Origin: a virus | Strand: one strand, 5' to 3' | Length of the DNA stretch: 64,000 nucleotides | IMG/VR virus record: IMGVR_UViG_3300046817_000498 | Shown here: piece by piece, positions 34,868 through 43,415 of the stretch | Position numbering within the stretch: the first letter of the stretch is position 1 | Layout of the letters: the number at the start of each line of letters is the position of its first letter | The notes under the pieces: model-generated | Database searches by the model: none | What the model saw: only the letters and a program-made list of their open reading frames with translations | Told to the model about the DNA's origin: nothing | Translations under genes and position numbers: made by a program

Positions 34868-35493
34868 TCGTCCATCCCGCAGCGCAAGGAACAGAGGAGT
34901 GGGCCGCAGCTCGGGCGGGGCATTGCACCTCGTCCGAGTTCGCGGCGGTGCTCGCCAAGGGCGAAGGAAAGACCCGACGGGCTTACATGCGCCGGGTGCT
35001 CGCCGAGCGCATGATCGGGAAGCCGATCGACGGCTACCGCAACGCGCACATGGACCGCGGCAAGGAGCAGGAGCCGTGGGCGCGCGAGGCCTACGAGGTG
35101 GAGACCGGCAACCTGGTCGAGCTCGTCGGCTTCGTGAAGCACGACGCGATCGAGTGGTGCGGGTGCTCACCCGACGGTCTGGTCGGCAACGATGGCGGGG
35201 TTGAGGCGAAGTGCGTGATCCCGACCGTCCAGCTGGAGACCATCATGGGCGGCAAGTACCCGACCGAGCACGTCGCGCAGGTTCAGGGCAACCTGTGGAT
35301 CACCGAGCGGAAGCATTGGGACTTCGTCTCGTTCTCGCCGGATATGCCGGAGCGGCTGCGCCTGTACGTCTACAGGGTCCAGCGCGACGAGGCCTACATC
35401 GCGGCCCTCGACCTCGAGGTCCGGCGCTTCCTCGCCGAGGCGAACACGATCTACCGCAGCCTGATGGGGATGCCCCTGTTGGCGGCGGCATGA
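34864..35493 (+). CDS. YqaJ-like viral recombinase exonuclease
   Basis: 209 aa. QGTEEWAAARAGHCTSSEF ... GCSPDGLV ... EAKC fits the PD-(D/E)XK motif set of the YqaJ/lambda Exo family. Confidence 0.8.
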   Translation: MIVHPAAQGTEEWAAARAGHCTSSEFAAVLAKGEGKTRRAYMRRVLAERMIGKPIDGYRNAHMDRGKEQEPWAREAYEVETGNLVELVGFVKHDAIEWCGCSPDGLVGNDGGVEAKCVIPTVQLETIMGGKYPTEHVAQVQGNLWITERKHWDFVSFSPDMPERLRLYVYRVQRDEAYIAALDLEVRRFLAEANTIYRSLMGMPLLAAA

Positions 35494-36858
35494 ATGTCGG
35501 CCTACTACAACGAGAACGACCCGATCGCCGCGGAGTGGCTGCGGCGCCTGATCGCGGCCGGGCTGATCGCGCCGGGCTTCGTCGATGAACGCTCGATCCT
35601 CGAAGTCCGCCCGGAGGACCTCCGGGGCTTCCGTCAATGCCACTTCTTCGCCGGTATCGGCGTCTGGTCACACGCCCTCCGACTCGCTGGCTGGGCCGAC
35701 GACCGACCTATTTGGACAGGCTCTTGCCCCTGCCAGCCCTTCAGTTCCGCCGGAAAGCGCGCGGGGCATGAGGACGAGCGCCACCTATGGCCGGCTTGGT
35801 TCGGGCTCATCGGCGAGTCGCACCCTGTCGCTGTCGTTGGCGAGCAAGTTGCAGACGGTGACGGCAAGGCTTGGCTCGACCTTGTGGCGTCTGACCTGGA
35901 AGGCCGAGGCTACGCCGTCGGGGCGGTATCTACCTTGGCTGCTGGCTTCGGATCGCCCAATCTCCGACAGCGGCTCTACTTCGTGGCCCACTCCGACGTC
36001 GTCGCGGACGGGCGACTACACCAGGGACGGCCGAACGGGCCTCGAGCGTCCGAGCACCCAAGGGTTGGTGGGCTGGCCGACTCCAGCGGCGACCGAGCTC
36101 GGGAATTCACTAGAATCTTACAGGGCGATGAAGGCGAACATGGCGAGCGGCCCGCGCGAGACGATCACGCATCTGTCGCAGGCCGTACAGTTGGCGAGCT
36201 GGCCGACCCCTCGGACACCGACCGGAGGCCCGGAGAGCGCCGAGCGAAAGAAGGAACTCGGCCGGATGGACAGCGGCGGCGGGGACCTTCAGGCGGTGGC
36301 GCTACTCGCGAGCTGGTCGACGCCGAGCTCGCGCGACTGGAAGGACACCGAAGGGATGGCGACCGAGGGGACGAACCCGGACGGGACAAAGCGGGAGCGG
36401 CTGGACCAGTTGCCGCGGCAAGCCGGGCTGGCGATGTCGCCTTGGAGAACACCGACGGCGGAGGACGGCGTTCGATCAGTCCACCCGAACCCGGACGCGA
36501 AAGCGGGGCAGCACAGTCTCACGACGGAGTCGAGCCTCGCAGCATGGCCGACGCCCAACGCGGGGTCCGAGAACAGCACGAGGGGACACGGGCAGGACCC
36601 GGCGCTCCGGCGAGCGGCTGGGCGACAGGTGGACCTGAAGGACGCGGTGACCCTGGTCCCGTCAACGGCTTCTGGTCCGATGCCGAATGGCTCCCCTGCA
36701 CCGACGGGAAAGCGCGGCCAATTGAACCCGGCACATTCCCGCTGGCTCATGGGGCTCCCGCCCGAGTGGGACGCCTGCGCGCCTACGGAAACGCGCTCAA
36801 TGCTTATCAAGCGGCGCACTTCCTCGCCGCCTACCGGGAGCTGATCGATGGCGACTAG
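35494..36858 (+). CDS. DNA (cytosine-5)-methyltransferase ORF (central third doubtful)
   Basis: Motif I FFAGIGVW, motif [10 protein letters not shown], motif VI GEQV, motif [17 protein letters not shown], and a C-terminal [13 protein letters not shown]. The middle is Arg/Gly/Asp/Glu-rich with rare codons. Confidence 0.6.
   Translation: MSAYYNENDPIAAEWLRRLIAAGLIAPGFVDERSILEVRPEDLRGFRQCHFFAGIGVWSHALRLAGWADDRPIWTGSCPCQPFSSAGKRAGHEDERHLWPAWFGLIGESHPVAVVGEQVADGDGKAWLDLVASDLEGRGYAVGAVSTLAAGFGSPNLRQRLYFVAHSDVVADGRLHQGRPNGPRASEHPRVGGLADSSGDRAREFTRILQGDEGEHGERPARDDHASVAGRTVGELADPSDTDRRPGERRAKEGTRPDGQRRRGPSGGGATRELVDAELARLEGHRRDGDRGDEPGRDKAGAAGPVAAASRAGDVALENTDGGGRRSISPPEPGRESGAAQSHDGVEPRSMADAQRGVREQHEGTRAGPGAPASGWATGGPEGRGDPGPVNGFWSDAEWLPCTDGKARPIEPGTFPLAHGAPARVGRLRAYGNALNAYQAAHFLAAYRELIDGD
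35768..36844 (+). CDS. alternative-frame ORF with W-P-T-P repeats overlapping the methyltransferase ORF
   Basis: The +1 frame is open from 35585. [15 protein letters not shown] is followed by six WxTP repeats and ends [17 protein letters not shown]. Third-position G/C bias is higher than in the annotated frame by hand count. Confidence 0.4.
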   Translation: MRTSATYGRLGSGSSASRTLSLSLASKLQTVTARLGSTLWRLTWKAEATPSGRYLPWLLASDRPISDSGSTSWPTPTSSRTGDYTRDGRTGLERPSTQGLVGWPTPAATELGNSLESYRAMKANMASGPRETITHLSQAVQLASWPTPRTPTGGPESAERKKELGRMDSGGGDLQAVALLASWSTPSSRDWKDTEGMATEGTNPDGTKRERLDQLPRQAGLAMSPWRTPTAEDGVRSVHPNPDAKAGQHSLTTESSLAAWPTPNAGSENSTRGHGQDPALRRAAGRQVDLKDAVTLVPSTASGPMPNGSPAPTGKRGQLNPAHSRWLMGLPPEWDACAPTETRSMLIKRRTSSPPTGS

Positions 36859-37246
36859 GCGGACCTTCGACGTCGAGACCGACGGGCAACGGGCGTACCT
36901 GCTGAAGTTCCTCGAGCGGCAAGCGCCGCCCTTCCGCGCGGAGCTCGGGCCGATCGCGAAGCAACGCACCGCGACCCAGAACGCGCGCCTGTGGCTCCTC
37001 CATACCATGGCCGGGCAGCATCTCGGCTACGAGGCCGAGGAGATGCACGAGTTCGCCCTGTGCCACCACTTCGGCTTCGTCGAGAAGGAGGTGGTCGACC
37101 CCATGACGGGCGAGCTCGTGCAGAAGCGCATCCCGAACAAACGCTCGAGCACGCGGAGCCGCGAGGAGTTCCGCGCGTTCATGGACGCGACCGAGACCTG
37201 GTACGGGACCGAGTTCGGGTGCTGGCTCAATGCCGATCAAGCCTGA
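36848..37246 (+). CDS. NinB/Orf-like recombination protein
   Basis: 132 aa. RTATQNARLWLL and SSTRSREEFRAFMDATETW parallel the RS.DQN..LW and STS....EF blocks of lambda NinB. Confidence 0.5.
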   Translation: MATRRTFDVETDGQRAYLLKFLERQAPPFRAELGPIAKQRTATQNARLWLLHTMAGQHLGYEAEEMHEFALCHHFGFVEKEVVDPMTGELVQKRIPNKRSSTRSREEFRAFMDATETWYGTEFGCWLNADQA

Positions 37247-37568
37247 ATCCGCCAAGCGGTATCCGAAACACTGGAAATTCATGGTCGCTGCGGTGCGCGC
37301 TCGTGCTGGAAATCGCTGTGAAGGCTCCCCCGCCTATCCTGACTGCCGAGCGCACAACGGCAAGCCCCATCCCGTAACGGGTAGCAAGGTCGTGTTGACC
37401 ACGGCGCATTTGGAGCATGACGATCTGGAGACGCAGGACTTGGACAGGCTTCGCTACTGGTGCCAGCGATGCCATCTGACCTACGACGCGAAGCACCATG
37501 CGAAGAACGCTCGCGCAACCAGACGAGCACGTAAAGCGATGGCCGATCTACTGGACCGCGCCCCCTGA
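37230..37568 (+). CDS. HNH endonuclease
   Basis: 112 aa. GNRCEG ... TTAHLEHD ... CQRCHLTYD. Confidence 0.7.
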   Translation: MPIKPESAKRYPKHWKFMVAAVRARAGNRCEGSPAYPDCRAHNGKPHPVTGSKVVLTTAHLEHDDLETQDLDRLRYWCQRCHLTYDAKHHAKNARATRRARKAMADLLDRAP

Positions 37569-37590
37569 TGGACAGAGACAGGAGAGAAGG

Positions 37591-37776
37591 ATGAGTAAAG
37601 AATCAAGAGAAGGCGCATTACGTATGGACCAGCGCAAGGATGAGTCAGCAGACTTCTGGCTTATGCGCGCTCTCGTGAAGGCGCTCTCGTATATGGGTCA
37701 AAACGAAGCTAGAGCAGCTACCCGATGGATGCACGACTACGCCAGTGATCCTAAGAATTGGAGGGGGAAACCATGA
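37591..37776 (+). CDS. hypothetical protein
   Basis: 61 aa from ATG 37591, with a GGAGAG RBS. A visibly lower-GC segment begins here. Confidence 0.4.
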   Translation: MSKESREGALRMDQRKDESADFWLMRALVKALSYMGQNEARAATRWMHDYASDPKNWRGKP

Positions 37777-37964
37777 CCCTCCGCGACCAGCTAGTGAAAC
37801 TTCGTAGCAGGATTGCCGCACGGCTGATGTGCTGGATCGTAGGCCACGACCTGCGCCCGATCACCGACTTCATGGATCAGAAAGAAATCCGGGATGAACT
37901 CACGCGAACAGGCGGCAACATACAACGCTGGACCAAGTGCGCGAGGTGCGGCTATGAACGCTGA
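37773..37964 (+). CDS. small zinc-ribbon protein
   Basis: 63 aa, ATGA coupling, C-terminal KCARCG. Confidence 0.4.
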   Translation: MTLRDQLVKLRSRIAARLMCWIVGHDLRPITDFMDQKEIRDELTRTGGNIQRWTKCARCGYER

Positions 37965-38088
37965 CTCCCTCCGCGACCAGCTAGACCAGATAGCGAGGCT
38001 GCTGTCTTGGCTGTGCAAGTGCGGGGCAGAGAATCCAGAGAATGCTGGATTCTGCTGGAAGTGTCATCGACATAGGACTGGATGGTAG
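37954..38088 (+). CDS. 44-aa zinc-ribbon protein
   Basis: MNADSLRDQLDQI..CKCGAENPENAGFCWKCH. Shares an 18-nt N-terminal repeat with the preceding gene. Confidence 0.35.
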   Translation: MNADSLRDQLDQIARLLSWLCKCGAENPENAGFCWKCHRHRTGW

Positions 38089-38348
38089 CCATGACGCCAG
38101 AACGAATCGAACAACTTTACGCGCTACTTAAGCGTGCTAATTTCTCTCCGCAGTTATTCCCTGATGAGGAAGTGGAAGCCTTGCGCGACCTCGCCCTCAA
38201 GGGCCTGCATGCCCGCGACCTCGAATGCTCCCTCGACCGCAAGGAGGCGCTGCTGCTGCATTGGGTGAGGCTGTTGCGCTCAGAACGCCCGACAACGATT
38301 ACGTCTGCGCTGATTGCAGAGATCGAGCGCGAACTGGAGGGGAAATGA
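38082..38348 (+). CDS. hypothetical protein, paralog of 38345..38614
   Basis: 88 aa. Shares ALRDLALKG / ALCDLALKG with the next gene. Confidence 0.4.
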   Translation: MVAMTPERIEQLYALLKRANFSPQLFPDEEVEALRDLALKGLHARDLECSLDRKEALLLHWVRLLRSERPTTITSALIAEIERELEGK

Positions 38349-38614
38349 GGCCCGAGCAGATTGAAGAGTGGCGCTTCGCTCTCAAGGAAATTCACAAAGA
38401 TTCCGATAATCGTAGCGAGGAAGAACTTGCGGAGATAGACGCCCTCTGCGACCTCGCCCTCAAGGGCCAGCAAGCCGAGGCAGTGCGGGAGGCGATTGGA
38501 CGGGCAGTGGAGAAGATGAAGAATTCTATGGGACACAAGGAACACGATTGCAAACGAATCTCCAGTGCTATCGCCGATCTGGAGCACGCCCTGAACGAGA
38601 GGAAGGAAACATGA
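38345..38614 (+). CDS. hypothetical protein
   Basis: 89 aa from ATG 38345 (ATGA coupling). Confidence 0.4.
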   Translation: MRPEQIEEWRFALKEIHKDSDNRSEEELAEIDALCDLALKGQQAEAVREAIGRAVEKMKNSMGHKEHDCKRISSAIADLEHALNERKET

Positions 38615-39498
38615 GCGAGTGTATCCACGGAGTTTTGCTGCACGAGTATTGCCCAGAATGTCACGCCGTACCTACCGCCCCCCGCGCTACCGAGGCTAGG
38701 ATTGATCGCGGCGATGCAGTCAATCTAGCGATGGACTGGCTGGAGAATAGGCCGACGCTGACGCCGAAGGGGATTCAGGCCCTTTGCAACGCGGTCATGC
38801 TCATGGACAAGACCCTCTCCTCCCGCCCCGCGATCATCGAGGAATGCGCGAGGGTGTGCGATGAGCAGTACGAGAAGCACAAGCACTATTTCAGCGTCGG
38901 GCCCGGGTTAGCTACGGCCTGCGCCACCGCCATCCGAGCCCTCGCTCCAGGGGGGCAGAATGCAGCGCCGCAGGCTGGGCGGAAACCGTGCTGGTTCATC
39001 GAACGCAAAGAAGACCCGCGCTGGATCGAACCGTGGCCGAGTCGGAATTGGACAAACGATCCGCTTGCCGCTCGCGTGTTTAAGTCAAAAGCAGATGCTG
39101 AATTGTGTATCAAAGAAGGGCAAGTCTATGGAAGCGAAGCCTTTGCGACTGAGCATGCGTGGCTCGACGCCCCTCCCGCCCCCGCAGAGGTAGCCGAGGG
39201 TGCGGGGGAGGACTTGCGGAAGCTAGCGCTGAATCTTCCGGTATTCGACAAGAACCGAAACCAGTTCACAGTCGCAATGATGCAAGTAGCGATGGAGCAG
39301 GCAGCGAATTGCATCACTGACTTGCTCGCCCTCCGTGCCGCCCCCTCGCTGTCGATAGACTTCGATCTGCTGCAAACGCTCCAGATGCGGTGCAACTACA
39401 TCATCAATGGCTACAGCGACGCAAAATTAGAAGCCAAAGAAATGGGACGCCTGATCGGAGAGGCCCTCCTAGCGAAGGTGCGAGAGGCGGGGAAGTGA
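38611..39498 (+). CDS. hypothetical modular protein; mosaic paralog of 1..593
   Basis: 295 aa from ATG 38611. N-terminal CxxC..CPEC. Shares end blocks with the window-start gene. Confidence 0.55.
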   Translation: MSECIHGVLLHEYCPECHAVPTAPRATEARIDRGDAVNLAMDWLENRPTLTPKGIQALCNAVMLMDKTLSSRPAIIEECARVCDEQYEKHKHYFSVGPGLATACATAIRALAPGGQNAAPQAGRKPCWFIERKEDPRWIEPWPSRNWTNDPLAARVFKSKADAELCIKEGQVYGSEAFATEHAWLDAPPAPAEVAEGAGEDLRKLALNLPVFDKNRNQFTVAMMQVAMEQAANCITDLLALRAAPSLSIDFDLLQTLQMRCNYIINGYSDAKLEAKEMGRLIGEALLAKVREAGK

Positions 39499-41255
39499 AG
39501 AACATGCTGAAACTCGCGAAGGATCTGGTGCTACCGCTCGAAGCGGTGACGCAGACAATCGCGATCCTCGCGAAGCGGAGAGCAGGCAAGAGCTACACGA
39601 TGCGGCGCCTGGTCGAGCAGTTGTTCCAAGCCGGGCAGCAAGTCGTGCTCGTCGACCCGAAGGGCGACCAGTGGGGTGTCCGTTCCTCGGCCGACGGTAA
39701 GGCTCCAGGTCTGCCGATCGTGATCCTGGGCGGTGAGCGCGGCGATGTGCCGCTCGAACCGAACTCAGGTGAGGTTGTCGCAAAGCTCGTTGTCGAGGAG
39801 CGGGTCAGCGTCCTGCTCGACCTCTCTACCTTCCGTAAGCACGAGGTCGCCACCTTCATGACCGCGTTCATGGAGAACCTGTACCGACTGAAGGCGCGCG
39901 AGATTTACCGGACGCCGATGATGCTCGTGATCGACGAGGCGGACGCCATCGCTCCGCAGAAACCGCAAAAGGGCGAGGAGCGCATGCTGGGTGCCGCCGA
40001 GGACATCGTGCGCCGCGGTGGGCAGCGCGGCATCGGCTGCGTGCTGGTGACGCAGCGCTCGGCGGTGCTGAACAAGAACGTCCTCACCCAGGCGCAGATG
40101 CTGGTCGCCCTGCGCACAATCGCGCCGCAGGATCTCGCGGCGATGAATGCCTGGATCGATGTGCATGGAACGCCGGAACAGCGCAAGACCCTGATGGAGT
40201 CGCTGCCCTCCCTTCCGATCGGTGATGCCTGGTTCTGGTCCCCTGGTTGGCCGACGGCCGAGGGCATCTTCAAGCGCACCCACGTCCTGCCGATCGAGAC
40301 CTTCGATTCCGGCAAGAGCCCCGAGCCCGGTGTAAAGCCCGTCGAACCGAAGAACCTGGCCGACGTCGACCTCGATGCGCTCAAGGGCCAGATGGCCGCG
40401 ACGATCGAGAAGGCGAAGGCCGACGACCCGAAGCGCTTGAAAGCCAGAATCGCCGAGCTCGAGCGCGCCGCCAAAAAACCACAGGCCGCAGACGGGCCAA
40501 CGCCAGCGTGGCGCGCCGAGTACGAGGCGGCGCACGCGCGGGACACGGCAGTAGCGCACGCTTCCGGCTTGCAGGAAGGGCTGCGCAAGGCCCTACCGCG
40601 CCTGCGCCAGGCATCGGCCGCGCTCTCCGAGGCCACGAGGTCGCTCGATGCAGCAATGGCCGAAGCCGAGCGCGAGCCGGCCCCTGCTGCGGTGTATGTC
40701 AAACGTCATACATCTGGCGTACGGCCGCGCACGAACGGAAGCGGCCGACAGTCGGGGCACGTACCCGTTGAGGGCGTCAGCCGGTCCCAGCAGCGCATCC
40801 TTGACTCCCTGGAATCCCTGGAGGGCATGGGAATCGCCCAGCCGAGCAAGGAGCAGCTCGCGCTCTGGGCGGAGGTCTCGCCCACGAGCGGGGGCTATTT
40901 CAACAATCTGGGGACCCTCAGAAGCGCCGGTTTGATCGAATACCCCTCCGGGGGCCTGGTCAGGCTCACGGAGGCCGGTAGGAAGGCCGCCCAGGCCTCG
41001 GAACCGATGAGCGTCGAGGAAATGCAGGAGTCACTCTGCCGCAAGATCGGGGCGTCCAAGGCGGCCATCGTCCGCGCCCTGATCGAGATCTACCCGAAGT
41101 CGATCGCGAAGGACGATTTGGCTGGGAAGATTGGGGTATCCCCGACCTCGGGCGGGTACTTCAACAACCTGGGCTCGCTGCGCACCCTCGGCGTGATCGA
41201 CTATCCCACGCCCGGGCAGGCCGTCGCGCTGCCGGTGCTATTCCTGGAAGCCTGA
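39495..41255 (+). CDS. HerA/DUF853-like P-loop ATPase fused to two winged-helix-like repeats
   Basis: 586 aa from GTG 39495. Walker A AKRRAGKSYT, VVLVDPKGDQWG, Walker B MLVIDEADAIAP, VLVTQRS. The C-terminus has two copies of SPTSGGYFNNLG(T/S)LR..G(L/V)I(E/D)YP. Confidence 0.65.
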   Translation: MKNMLKLAKDLVLPLEAVTQTIAILAKRRAGKSYTMRRLVEQLFQAGQQVVLVDPKGDQWGVRSSADGKAPGLPIVILGGERGDVPLEPNSGEVVAKLVVEERVSVLLDLSTFRKHEVATFMTAFMENLYRLKAREIYRTPMMLVIDEADAIAPQKPQKGEERMLGAAEDIVRRGGQRGIGCVLVTQRSAVLNKNVLTQAQMLVALRTIAPQDLAAMNAWIDVHGTPEQRKTLMESLPSLPIGDAWFWSPGWPTAEGIFKRTHVLPIETFDSGKSPEPGVKPVEPKNLADVDLDALKGQMAATIEKAKADDPKRLKARIAELERAAKKPQAADGPTPAWRAEYEAAHARDTAVAHASGLQEGLRKALPRLRQASAALSEATRSLDAAMAEAEREPAPAAVYVKRHTSGVRPRTNGSGRQSGHVPVEGVSRSQQRILDSLESLEGMGIAQPSKEQLALWAEVSPTSGGYFNNLGTLRSAGLIEYPSGGLVRLTEAGRKAAQASEPMSVEEMQESLCRKIGASKAAIVRALIEIYPKSIAKDDLAGKIGVSPTSGGYFNNLGSLRTLGVIDYPTPGQAVALPVLFLEA

Positions 41256-41587
41256 TGTTCACCCAGGCCGGCATCAACACGCACCCCGTCGCCGTCGTCT
41301 GCTTCGCGCGCGTATCGCGCAACAGGCGCGGCGGAGGCATGCGCTGGTGCTGGCTCATGCGCTGGGCGAGCGGCGACATGGCCTGGTGCTCGAGCACGAT
41401 GGCGAGCTGGGGAGAGCAGGTGCACTTCCACAATGTGTTCGAGCTCGATCACGGCGTCTGGGGCCCGAGCTGGCCCACGGATCCGGCCGCCGGCGCGCGC
41501 CATTGGATCGAGAAGGGAGTCGCGCCAGACGCGAACAGCTGGAAGGCAGAGCTGCAGGTCGAGGCGCTCCAGGAACAGCACGCGTGA
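41255..41587 (+). CDS. Trp-rich hypothetical protein
   Basis: 110 aa. The ATG overlaps the upstream TGA by 1 nt. Confidence 0.35.
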   Translation: MFTQAGINTHPVAVVCFARVSRNRRGGGMRWCWLMRWASGDMAWCSSTMASWGEQVHFHNVFELDHGVWGPSWPTDPAAGARHWIEKGVAPDANSWKAELQVEALQEQHA

Positions 41588-41835
41588 CGCCCTATCTCAC
41601 CGACGCCGAGATCGAGCACATCACCGAGCCTCTCACCCAGGGCGCAGCGCGGATCCGCTTCTTCGAAAAGCTCGGCTGCAAGGTGAAGCAGCGGCCGAAT
41701 GGCCAGCCCCTCGTCGGCCGCGTCGAATACGAAGCCGTGATGACCAGCCGCAGGAACGCGCAGCTCCCGCCCGCCGCCGGCGAGCTCGTGCGCCCCGATT
41801 GGGCCAAGCTCCGAGCGGCTCGTCATCGAGCGTGA
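41584..41835 (+). CDS. DUF4224-like protein
   Basis: 83 aa from GTG 41584. YLTDAEIEHITEPLTQGAARIRFFEKLGCKVKQRPNGQPLV fits the integrase-adjacent DUF4224 pattern. Confidence 0.55.
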   Translation: MTPYLTDAEIEHITEPLTQGAARIRFFEKLGCKVKQRPNGQPLVGRVEYEAVMTSRRNAQLPPAAGELVRPDWAKLRAARHRA

Positions 41836-41851
41836 TAGGCTGGCCGCCCCC

Positions 41852-42124
41852 ATGAGCACCGAAAAAACCTGCGGCACATGCCGATTCAGCGAAGGAGAGG
41901 ATCACCGAGACGCTCCGGACGATCTGCCTGATGGATATTTCGTCTGCACGTTGATCAAGCATGAACAGGTCGCGCCCTATCGGAGTAAAGACCGAGCGGA
42001 ATTTACTGGCCTCGGCGCTTTCGTGACCGATGCCAGCGGCTATTTCGCGGCACTTTGCGTAGAAGCCGATTTCGGCTGCAACAAGTGGCAACCGAAAATA
42101 GACCCAGTTCCGGGACAAAACTAG
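41852..42124 (+). CDS. Cys-rich hypothetical protein
   Basis: 90 aa with CGTC ... C ... C ... C. Immediately upstream of the integrase. Confidence 0.4.
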   Translation: MSTEKTCGTCRFSEGEDHRDAPDDLPDGYFVCTLIKHEQVAPYRSKDRAEFTGLGAFVTDASGYFAALCVEADFGCNKWQPKIDPVPGQN

Positions 42125-42129
42125 CACAG

Positions 42130-43215
42130 ATGGGACGCCGCAGAAAAGACGGTAATCCCCTCGGCCTCGAGCCGCGCGTCTACGCGCACCATGGCCAGTT
42201 CATCTATCGGCACCGCGACGGCACGGCCGAGCAGCTCGGCAAGGACGTCGCTCGCGCGAACGCGCGCGCCAAGATCTACAACGATCCGGATCATCGCTTC
42301 GGCACCCTCGGCTATTTCCTCGATCTCTACATCGCCGAGGCTGAGGCTGGAAGACTCCTCCGGAAGAAGAAGCCACGCACGATCGCCGACTACAAGGTGC
42401 ACGCGCCTTTCCTGAAATCGGTGTTCGAGCAGCTGCTCCCGACCGACCTGGTGCGACAGCCGGAGCTGCTCGCGGAATACCGCGATCGTCGCAAGGCCAA
42501 GGTCCGCGCGAATCGCGAGCTCTCTCTCCTGTCCGCGATGTATGCATGGCTCATCGAGAAAGGCTACTCCCCGGGCCTCAATGTGAATCCAGTGGGCAAC
42601 GTCGCGCGCAATCCTGAGAAGCCGAAGGAGCGCTATGTGGAAGATGCTGACGCCGGCGCCGTTGCTGCGATCGCGCTCCGATCCGTGTGCATGGCCATGC
42701 GCCTGGTCTATATCACGCTGCAGCGCCCGGCTGACATTCTCGCTCTCTCGCCTCAGTCACTCACAACGAAGACCGTCGGCGGGGTCGCAAAGCGCGTGCT
42801 CTCCGTGACACAAGGAAAGACAGGACGCACAGTCAATATCGAGCTGACGGACGAGCTCGAGGAAACGCTCTATATGCTGTCTCCCGATCGCGAGCCCGGG
42901 AAGATGAAGATCTCGGAATCGGTGACGAAGCTCGTAAAGACCTTCGTGCACACCTCCGACGGATCAAGGTATTCGGATGACGGAATGCGCGCGATGCTGC
43001 GGCGCTATTGCTTGAAGTGCGGAGTCTCGACCTTTGGGCTGATGGATCTCCGTGCGAAGGGCGCGACGGATATGTATCTCAACGGTATCCCGCTCGAGCG
43101 CATCCAGATGCTCATGGGCCACAAGTCGGTTGTGACGACGGAGATCTATATCAAGCGGCTCCTGGCGCTCGTGCGGATCGCCCAGCCGAACCGGGTTAAA
43201 ACCGGGTTCGCGTGA
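42130..43215 (+). CDS. int: tyrosine integrase
   Basis: 361 aa from ATG 42130. ITLQRPADIL, DLRAKGATD and LMGHKSVVTTEIYIK provide the R, H-x-x-R-like and Y catalytic elements. Confidence 0.85.
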   Translation: MGRRRKDGNPLGLEPRVYAHHGQFIYRHRDGTAEQLGKDVARANARAKIYNDPDHRFGTLGYFLDLYIAEAEAGRLLRKKKPRTIADYKVHAPFLKSVFEQLLPTDLVRQPELLAEYRDRRKAKVRANRELSLLSAMYAWLIEKGYSPGLNVNPVGNVARNPEKPKERYVEDADAGAVAAIALRSVCMAMRLVYITLQRPADILALSPQSLTTKTVGGVAKRVLSVTQGKTGRTVNIELTDELEETLYMLSPDREPGKMKISESVTKLVKTFVHTSDGSRYSDDGMRAMLRRYCLKCGVSTFGLMDLRAKGATDMYLNGIPLERIQMLMGHKSVVTTEIYIKRLLALVRIAQPNRVKTGFA

Positions 43216-43347
43216 AGATCGGTGAAGGAGAATATACAGTGACCGCTCATAGCGAGCCGTACAGGTCGAAATGGCGGAATAATTTTCACCGAGCTTTCGA
43301 CGTTGTGGCCTCAGAATTCGCTGGCTTACGTCGTTTGCGCCCTCTGT

Positions 43348-43392
43348 CTGTTAATCCGCAGGTCCCAGGTTCGAGCCCTGGTCGGGGAGCCA
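43348..43392 (+). other. att core: 3' 45 nt of a tRNA-Asn(GTT) gene
   Basis: CTGTTAA TCCGC AGGTC CCAGG TTCGAGC CCTGG TCGGGGA G CCA covers anticodon loop through CCA. No matching 5' acceptor, D arm or 5' anticodon strand lies upstream. Confidence 0.75.
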
Positions 43393-43415
43393 AAAACAAC
43401 GAGTTGGAGAGGAGG

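Larger units (their letters stand above)
1..43392. mobile_element. P22-like temperate prophage (region A); right end at tRNA-Asn att core, left end unresolved
   Basis: Complete set of packaging, head, tail, lysis, replication, recombination and integrase genes. The integrase is followed by a 3' tRNA-Asn fragment. No intact tRNA-Asn lies inside the window. Confidence 0.6.

Noticed and set aside
43212-43415. The N-terminal 68 codons of ORF 43212..43859, which reads through the tRNA-Asn fragment.
   Set aside because: This part translates the att/tRNA remnant (VPGSSPGRGAK). A strong RBS and a signal peptide begin at ATG 43416.
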